A stretch of DNA of 64,000 bases from an uncultured Acidobacteriota bacterium (GTDB taxonomy: Bacteria > Acidobacteriota > Thermoanaerobaculia > Gp7-AA8). The DNA is taken from assembly GCA_963741955.1 (NCBI GenBank), contig CAVUKB010000007.1:160001-224000 (forward strand), written 5' to 3'. Both the position numbers and the translations under genes were made by a program. Shown piece by piece: positions 57,816-64,000 of this stretch. Every line of letters begins with the position of its first letter. Positions within the stretch are counted from its first letter, which is position 1. The notes below the pieces were generated by a model that worked only from the letters and a program-made list of their open reading frames with translations, did no database searches and was not told the origin of the DNA.

Positions 57816-58628
57816 ATGACTGACGTTCAACCGATCATCGAAGTCCGCAACGTGGTGAAGAAGTTCGGGGACTTCGTCGCTGTCGACGACCTCACGTTCG
57901 ACGTCGCGCAGGGCGAGATCTTCGCCTTTCTCGGACCGAACGGCGCCGGAAAGACGACCACCATCCGGATGCTCACCACTCTTCTTCGCCCGACCAGCGG
58001 CAGCATCCGCGTCGCCGGTCACGATCCGGCACGGGATCAGGAAGGTGTCCGGCGCTCGATCGGCATCGTGTTTCAGGATCCGTCCCTCGACGACGAGCTG
58101 ACCGCGTGGGAGAACCTCGAGCTGCACGGCATCCTCTACGGCGTCGCGCGCTCGCTGCGCCGGGAGCGAATCGACCAGCTCCTCACGCTGGTCGACCTCG
58201 CGAACCGCCGCAATGACCGGGTCAAGCAGTTCTCCGGCGGAATGAAACGGCGCCTCGAGATCGCGCGCGGCCTCCTCCATCATCCCAAGGTTCTCTTCCT
58301 CGACGAGCCGACCCTCGGGCTCGATCCGCAGACACGCAACCACCTCTGGAGCTACGTGATCAAACTCAATCAGGACGAGGGCGTCACCGTCTTCCTCACC
58401 ACGCATTACATGGAAGAAGCGGAGCGGGTGGCGAGGAGGATCGCCATCGTCGACCATGGAAAGATCACCGCAGTCGGATCGGCCGCGGAGCTCAAGGAGC
58501 AGACGAAGACTGCCTCGCTCGAAGACGCATTCATCGCCCTGACCGGATCCACCATTCGCGAAGAAGATGCTTCGGCGGTCGACACGATGCGCCAGCACGT
58601 GCGCGCCTGGAGGGGGAACCGCCGATGA
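57816..58628 (+). CDS. DrrA-like ABC exporter ATP-binding protein
   Basis: GPNGAGKTT, FQDPSLD, FSGGMKRRLEIARG, LDEPT. Confidence 0.93.
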   Translation: MTDVQPIIEVRNVVKKFGDFVAVDDLTFDVAQGEIFAFLGPNGAGKTTTIRMLTTLLRPTSGSIRVAGHDPARDQEGVRRSIGIVFQDPSLDDELTAWENLELHGILYGVARSLRRERIDQLLTLVDLANRRNDRVKQFSGGMKRRLEIARGLLHHPKVLFLDEPTLGLDPQTRNHLWSYVIKLNQDEGVTVFLTTHYMEEAERVARRIAIVDHGKITAVGSAAELKEQTKTASLEDAFIALTGSTIREEDASAVDTMRQHVRAWRGNRR

Positions 58629-59380
58629 TGCGCCCCGCGGTGCTCTACGGACTCTGGCTCCGGCAGGTGAAGCGCTACCTCCGCTCGCGTGCGCGCATCA
58701 TCGGCTCGCTCGGGCAGCCTCTCCTTTTCCTCGTCGCGCTCGGCTTCGGGCTCGGTGCCGTCTTCCGCCGCGCCGGCGAGGGCGACTATCTGAAGTTCCT
58801 CGCGCCGGGCGTCATGGCGATGAGCATTCTCTTCACGGCGATCTTCTCCGGCGTGGAGATCATCTGGGACCGGCAGTTCGGATTTCTCAAGGAGATGCTG
58901 GTCGCACCCGTCTCGCGGCTCTCGATCATGCTGGGCCGGACGCTCGGCGGCGCGACCGTCGCCACGATCCAGGGACTGCTCGTCTTCATCATTTCCCTCT
59001 TCTTCGGCTTCCGTCCGACCCATCTCCCTCGTCTTCCCTGGGCGCTGCTGGTCATGCTGCTGATCGCCCTCCTTTTCACCGCGCTCGGCACGGCGATCGC
59101 GTCGATCGTGGAAGACTTCCAGGGCTTTCAGCTCATCATGAATCTGCTGGTGATGCCGCTCTTCTTCTTCTCGGGGGCGATCTATCCGCTGAAAGGCCTC
59201 CCCGCTCCGCTGCTGGTGATTACGAAGGCGAATCCGCTGTCGTACGGCGTGGACGCCCTCCGCACCTCGTTCGGAAGTCCCACGGAGTTCGGCATGACTC
59301 TCGACATCGCCGTGCTCGCGGGCGTGACGCTGCTGCTCCTCGGCGCAGGGGCGGCGCTGTTCAATCGCATCGAAGTGTGA
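58625..59380 (+). CDS. DrrB-like ABC-2 permease
   Basis: WDRQFGFLKEMLVAP, NPLSYGVD; ATGA overlap. Confidence 0.92.
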   Translation: MMRPAVLYGLWLRQVKRYLRSRARIIGSLGQPLLFLVALGFGLGAVFRRAGEGDYLKFLAPGVMAMSILFTAIFSGVEIIWDRQFGFLKEMLVAPVSRLSIMLGRTLGGATVATIQGLLVFIISLFFGFRPTHLPRLPWALLVMLLIALLFTALGTAIASIVEDFQGFQLIMNLLVMPLFFFSGAIYPLKGLPAPLLVITKANPLSYGVDALRTSFGSPTEFGMTLDIAVLAGVTLLLLGAGAALFNRIEV

Positions 59381-59453
59381 GCGGGGAGCTCGCGGTTTTG
59401 GCGGACGTCTGGAGCCGCCGCGGCGCCGTGCGGCGGGAGCAAGGGTTCGGGCG

Positions 59454-59678
59454 TCGTGGCCGAACTTTCAAGGATCCGGGGTCGAGGTTCGAGCGGGTCG
59501 TGTGCCGGCGCTTTGATCGGCTTCGCAGCGCGACTCCAAAAGTTTGGTGAAAGATGCCGACCGGGGGGAGAGGCGCGGCTTACCAAACTTCTGGAGCCCG
59601 GACTCGCGGAGCGTGCGGTGAGCGGAGATCGATCGCGGTCCGAATGACGGACCGTGATCCTTGAAAGTTCGGCCACGA
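59454..59678. mobile_element. 225-bp nested inverted-repeat element (MITE-like, family 5)
   Basis: Perfect 23-bp TIR TCGTGGCCGAACTTTCAAGGATC (59454-59476 / 59656-59678); inner 14/15 IR at 59534-59548 / 59582-59596. Confidence 0.75.
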
Positions 59679-59688
59679 GAGGTGCGAA

Positions 59689-60534
59689 TCAGGGTGCAGC
59701 CGAGAGCGGCTCCGGCTGCGGCGTGTCGGCGCGCACCTGCCACCCTCCGGTTGCGATGGACCGCTGCGCCATCCCTGCCGAGAAGTAAAACGCGCAGGCG
59801 ACCCCTCGGGCAAGCTCCGAGAACGTGACCACTCCGGCGGCCGAGAGCCCCAGGGCTGCCCCCGTGGAGAGAATCGCGTCGTAGAACATCCATCCGACGG
59901 CTCCCGCGCAGAGCATCTTCCACGGCCAGACGAACATTCCCTTCCGCAGCGCCCACATCGTCATCAGGAGGGGAGCCAGCAGAATCAGGACTGCCAGATC
60001 TCCGATCGACGAGATGAATCCCGCCGCGGCGGTCCACTCTCCGGCGAAAAACAGACCTCCGGAGCGGAGGATGCCCGGTCCTACCAGCAGAACCGCCAGG
60101 AGTGTCACGACCGTGGTGACGATCATGCGATCTCCGCGCGATCCGGGGAGGGTCAGTCCTGCCATCTTCCACGTGCGGGCGAGGAGGTAGATCCCGAAGA
60201 AGATCGAGATGTTTCCGCCGACGACCAGCACGGCGGCGAGCGGCTCCATCAAGGTCTCCGGCACTGCGCCGGCGACGAACGGGATCGATCGAAGGTCCCG
60301 GAAGAGGAAAAGAGCGTACCCCAGGCCCACCAGCATCCACGCGCGCCTGAGATGCTCACCCGGCTGGTGCGCGAACGCGGCGGCGAGGGCCCCGAGGAGC
60401 GCGAGAGCTTTCGCCATCTCGATCTCGGTCCGCATGAAGACCGCGTGTGCACCCGGATCGGTGATCAGAGCGCCGAGGAGGAGAAACAGTGCGCCCCAGA
60501 CGAAGGGGAAGATCATCAGCCACCGGAATCGCAT
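59689..60534 (-). CDS. Multi-pass membrane protein
   Basis: About 8 hydrophobic segments, RRAW.L.G.G; TGATG coupling to the upstream gene. Confidence 0.75.
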   Translation of the reverse strand: MRFRWLMIFPFVWGALFLLLGALITDPGAHAVFMRTEIEMAKALALLGALAAAFAHQPGEHLRRAWMLVGLGYALFLFRDLRSIPFVAGAVPETLMEPLAAVLVVGGNISIFFGIYLLARTWKMAGLTLPGSRGDRMIVTTVVTLLAVLLVGPGILRSGGLFFAGEWTAAAGFISSIGDLAVLILLAPLLMTMWALRKGMFVWPWKMLCAGAVGWMFYDAILSTGAALGLSAAGVVTFSELARGVACAFYFSAGMAQRSIATGGWQVRADTPQPEPLSAAP

Positions 60535-60767
60535 CAGTGAACCTCCATGCGGATGTGGGAGAGAACCTTTTCGGCGGCCGGAGCTCCCGCCATCGTTTTC
60601 AACATCGGCTCGAGCGCGGACAGCAGAGCCGGCAGATGCGTCTCTGTCAACTGGTCAGGCGCGAGATTCAGCACCCGCCGGCTGATCGTGCGGACGGCCA
60701 CCTGGGAATTGAACGGACCGAGGTACGGCGCGAGCTCCTCGACTAAACGCTCAGCGAAGGTTGCCAT
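60534..60767 (-). CDS. Small helical hypothetical protein
   Basis: 77 aa, LAPYLGP motif, RBS AAAGGTGG. Confidence 0.7.
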   Translation of the reverse strand: MATFAERLVEELAPYLGPFNSQVAVRTISRRVLNLAPDQLTETHLPALLSALEPMLKTMAGAPAAEKVLSHIRMEVH

Positions 60768-61055
60768 GAGACCACCTTTCCCGGGACTGATTGAAGAACC
60801 GCTTCGGACGGAAGAATGCTAGCACGGATTTCCGCGATCGTCTGTGCCCGCTCCGGCGCCTCGACAACGTCACCACCTCCGACGCTGGTAGAATTCCAGG
60901 CGCGACTCACCGCACAACCGCGCCGCGTCAGGAGGCGTCGCGGGCACTCGGGCAGCTCGGCTGCGGCCGACGGAGGAGTCATCTGCGGCGAGGGCGAACG
61001 TGTGAGGCGGGTCGAGCAGACGATCGAATCGAAAGGCGAGGCGAAGGGCGAAGCG

Positions 61056-61601
61056 ATGAAAGCACGAGAGCATGACGATCTGATGGCGACACTGAAGGCG
61101 CGTTTCGAGCGCCATGCGAAGCGGCACGAAGGACTCGCGTGGGCCGACGTAGAGGCGAGGCTGCAGGCGAGTCCGGACAGACTCCGGTCGCTGGGGAAGA
61201 TGGAAGAGAGCGGCGGCGAGCCGGATGTGGTCGGCCGTGACCGGAAGACGGGTGAGTTCCTCTTCTTCGATTGCTCCGCCGAGAGTCCCAAAGGTCGCCG
61301 GAGCCTCTGCTACGACCGGAAAGCGCTGCAGTCGAGGAAGGAGCACAAACCTGCGAACAGCGCCGAGGATGTGGCTGGGGCGATGGGGATCGAGATTCTG
61401 ACGGAAGAGGAGTACCGGAATCTGCAGACGCTCGGCGAGTTCGATCTGAAGACTTCGAGCTGGGTGAAGACGCCGTCCGACGTCCGGAAACTCGGTGGAG
61501 CGCTCTTCTGCGACCGGCGTTACGACAAGGTGTTCGTGTACCACAATGGCGCCGAGTCGTACTACGCCGCCCGCGGTTTCCGGGGTGTGCTGAGGGTGTG
61601 A
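61056..61601 (+). CDS. DUF4256 protein
   Basis: LK.RFE....RH..L.W, ME..GGEPDV, DCS.ESPKGRRS.CYD, HNGAESYYAARGFRG. Confidence 0.9.
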   Translation: MKAREHDDLMATLKARFERHAKRHEGLAWADVEARLQASPDRLRSLGKMEESGGEPDVVGRDRKTGEFLFFDCSAESPKGRRSLCYDRKALQSRKEHKPANSAEDVAGAMGIEILTEEEYRNLQTLGEFDLKTSSWVKTPSDVRKLGGALFCDRRYDKVFVYHNGAESYYAARGFRGVLRV

Positions 61602-61933
61602 GGCTTCGCAGCAGAACAGTTCCTACCGCGCAGACTCCCGGCCCGGACCATTCGCGGGACATCTGCTGCGGAGACGGAGAGCGGCCTGTCCAGGCTGCGC
61701 ACGTCTTCGGCTCCTCAACATAGTCACCACCATGCCTTCGTCGCCGAAGCGGCGCTCCGAAAGCGTGAAGGCGAGATCGCAAGCGCGGCTCCGCCCCGGG
61801 GTGACGGAATTTCCGGTGATTTCAGCGGGCGGGAGCATCGTCCATGTCGGAAGCGTGCGCTCAGCGTGACCCGACCGATGAGTTTTGCTCCGTGCGCGGT
61901 CTAAGCATGCAGAAGTCAGCAAGGAGGTTCAAA

Positions 61934-62524
61934 ATGAGAAAGCTCACAGTGATGGAACACATCTCGCTGGACGGCGTGATCGAGATTTCCGGCAACCCCG
62001 GCGATTTCCCGTACGGTGACTGGACCGCGGCGTATCGGACTCCCGCCGGTCGCGACGCCGTCCTCGCCGCACAGGGCGAACGCTTCGATTTGCTGCTCGG
62101 CCGTCGCACCTACGACATCTGGTCGGCCTATTGGCCCACGGCGCCGGGGAGTCCGATGGCCGACCGCATCAACGCGGCAACCAAATATGTGGTGACCCAT
62201 CGTCCGGAGAGTCTCGAATGGGGGCCGTCCGAGAGCCTGGGACCGGACAGCGTAGAAGGCGTTCGCCGCATCAAGTCGCAGGACGGTCCGGGCCTCGTCC
62301 TCTGGGGCAGCTCCACGCTGACCTCCACGCTGCTCGAACACGGGCTTGCGGATGAAGTCGTACTGATCGTCTATCCGGTCCTGTTGGGCACCGGAAAGCG
62401 CTTCTTCGCGGAGAACACTCCGGCACGCGCATTCGAGCTCGTAGCGACGAACCCGATGCCGTCGGGGATCATTCTCCACTCTTACAGGGTCGCCGGAGCT
62501 CTGCAGCGCGGATCGTCGAAATGA
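61934..62524 (+). CDS. Dihydrofolate reductase/RibD C-terminal-like protein
   Basis: RBS AAGGAGG; SLDGV, LLGRRTYD, GSSTL, PVLLG.GKR. Confidence 0.9.
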   Translation: MRKLTVMEHISLDGVIEISGNPGDFPYGDWTAAYRTPAGRDAVLAAQGERFDLLLGRRTYDIWSAYWPTAPGSPMADRINAATKYVVTHRPESLEWGPSESLGPDSVEGVRRIKSQDGPGLVLWGSSTLTSTLLEHGLADEVVLIVYPVLLGTGKRFFAENTPARAFELVATNPMPSGIILHSYRVAGALQRGSSK

Positions 62525-62539
62525 TTCCGTCCTGTGCTG

Positions 62540-63439
62540 CTACTGTGATGTCGTCGTCGCAGGTGCGGGCGCCGGAGTGTGGTCGACGGCGATCGAGTAT
62601 TTCTTCGCGAGATAGTCCTCGATCTGCGTACGTTCCTGATCGCTGAGCGTGCGTGTGTAGACGAGCATCTCCGAGACGTCGCCCATCCACGGCTCGTGAT
62701 AGTCCGTTCCGGTGCCGCCGATGAACATGTGCGGCAGGCCCTTCTCATTCTCCACCGCCGCCTGCACGAGCGCGTGATTCCCGTTCACCCAGCCGTCGAA
62801 CGTCTTCGGTGTCCAGGAGTCGACGGTGATGTACGGCTTCTCCTTTTCGAGAGTGAAGTACGCGGTGACCCCGTTGCCGGCGAAGATGCCGTAGTTCGTC
62901 TCGGCGCGGCTGTCGAGTCCCGCGGCACGGTCGTACCCGCCGTCGTCCGCTCCGTAGAGCTTTCGAAACGGATCGGCGCTCGCGGTGCGGCTGTCGAAGA
63001 CGCTGATCACGGTGAGGTTCGGCGTCGTCCCCGGGTTGATGTCGAGGTTCGTCTCCAGGATGCTGTCGTTGCCGTCGAAGCGGATTGTCGGCTTTCCGCC
63101 GATCGCCGAGGAGACGAGCTTCGGCTGCGCGCTCGCGTCCTCCTGCTTCGCGGTGATGTTGTTCGGGGACTTCCATTCGGACACCGCGCCGTCCTGCGCC
63201 GCGGTGACGCCCGTGTCGGCACGGAGCCACATCGCGAGCCCCACGGTCGGAATCGAAGCTTCGGAGACGGCGATCGGCGCCGGTGTTTCGCTGGCGGACG
63301 TCGCCGCGGTTTCGGTGGTCGTAGCCGGAGCCGCCGGAGCCGCCGCGGACGAGGTCGTCGCCGTGTGGGTCGATGCAGCCTCTTTCCCACAGGCCGTCAG
63401 TGCGAGTACGAAAGTGACGAGTACCACTGCTTTCTTCAT
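62540..63439 (-). CDS. Lipoprotein with LamG/concanavalin-like domain
   Basis: LTAC lipobox, Ala/Thr linker, WLRAD.G...W, GDVSE.LVY...LS..ER..IE.YLA.KY. Confidence 0.8.
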   Translation of the reverse strand: MKKAVVLVTFVLALTACGKEAASTHTATTSSAAAPAAPATTTETAATSASETPAPIAVSEASIPTVGLAMWLRADTGVTAAQDGAVSEWKSPNNITAKQEDASAQPKLVSSAIGGKPTIRFDGNDSILETNLDINPGTTPNLTVISVFDSRTASADPFRKLYGADDGGYDRAAGLDSRAETNYGIFAGNGVTAYFTLEKEKPYITVDSWTPKTFDGWVNGNHALVQAAVENEKGLPHMFIGGTGTDYHEPWMGDVSEMLVYTRTLSDQERTQIEDYLAKKYSIAVDHTPAPAPATTTSQ

Positions 63440-63664
63440 TGAAGGACTCCTGTCAGCGCGTCATCGCGAGGCGACCGACGTGATGCGACGCAACTGTTTT
63501 CGCGTCGTCGTTCCATGCACGGTGCGTCGATTGAATGTGTGGAGGCAGCGAGAATCCGCGGTGCGACGCTTTGCGCTCACGCGATTGCATGCCTCAGTAT
63601 AGGCGTGACGAGCGGACCGCCGGGGTTACACGTACGAAAGAAAGGAAGAGGGCGTCGAGCACAG

Positions 63665-64000
63665 TCAATGCGTGGGAGGTCCGTCGTGCAGCATCAGGTC
63701 GTCGACGGCGGCGGCGAGGTCGGCGAGGTAGTCGTCGCCGCACGGGCTCTTCGTCAGGCCGACGAGGATGTAGCGGCGTCCCGGACCGGTGATGAGCGCG
63801 GTGTCGTGCAGCCACTCCTCCCACGATCCCCACTTGCGGAGGATCGTCACGTCACGCCCTTCGAGTCCTTTGACGAACTTGATGTCGTCGGGCGGAATGT
63901 CGGGAGAGGCGAAGATCTCGCGCATGGTCTGCGACGCGGCGGGTGAGACGAGCTTCCCCTCGTCGAGGAGAAGCCAGAAGCGGAGGAGCTGGCGCACGGT
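63665..64000 (-). CDS. 3' part of a class A beta-lactamase-like serine hydrolase (runs off the window)
   Basis: GKLVSPAAS..M, KWGSW (KTG-equivalent), HDTA.I....RYIL. Confidence 0.65.
   Translation of the reverse strand, partial: TVRQLLRFWLLLDEGKLVSPAASQTMREIFASPDIPPDDIKFVKGLEGRDVTILRKWGSWEEWLHDTALITGPGRRYILVGLTKSPCGDDYLADLAAAVDDLMLHDGPPTH

Noticed and set aside
55074-62524. The two DHFR-like genes as trimethoprim-resistance dfr genes
   Set aside because: Their motifs match the widespread RibD_C-like family, not DfrA/DfrB

Overview
GC-rich bacterial chromosomal window. The gene content (an IPTL-CTERM surface protein, a tricorn protease, a 'GANGSxWxTDL' secreted protein and a TM-anchored GcvH-like protein) suggests Acidobacteriota, possibly Thermoanaerobaculia; this is inference only. 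It holds about 52 mostly housekeeping or accessory CDSs: peptidases (M28, S41 tricorn, S9, rhomboid, M50-like), two ABC-2 exporters, tandem Ca/Na antiporters, a ClC channel, a Cys-rich protein plus tandem Ku operon, a 3024-aa DUF11 adhesin and a membrane Ser/Thr kinase. No rRNA, tRNA, CRISPR-Cas, integrase or transposase gene was recognised. The most striking non-coding structure is a 189-bp element with 31-bp terminal inverted repeats. It forms two 5-copy tandem arrays, joined by heptamer-built linkers, that bracket the kinase gene, with further copies near 14.3 kb and 46.3 kb. At least four other small repeat or MITE families are present. Other notable points are an integron attC-like cassette relic at 54.5-55.9 kb, one adhesin repeat that has lost all three putative isopeptide-bond residues, and a lipoyl-Lys-less GcvH-like gene behind a sigma54-type promoter.
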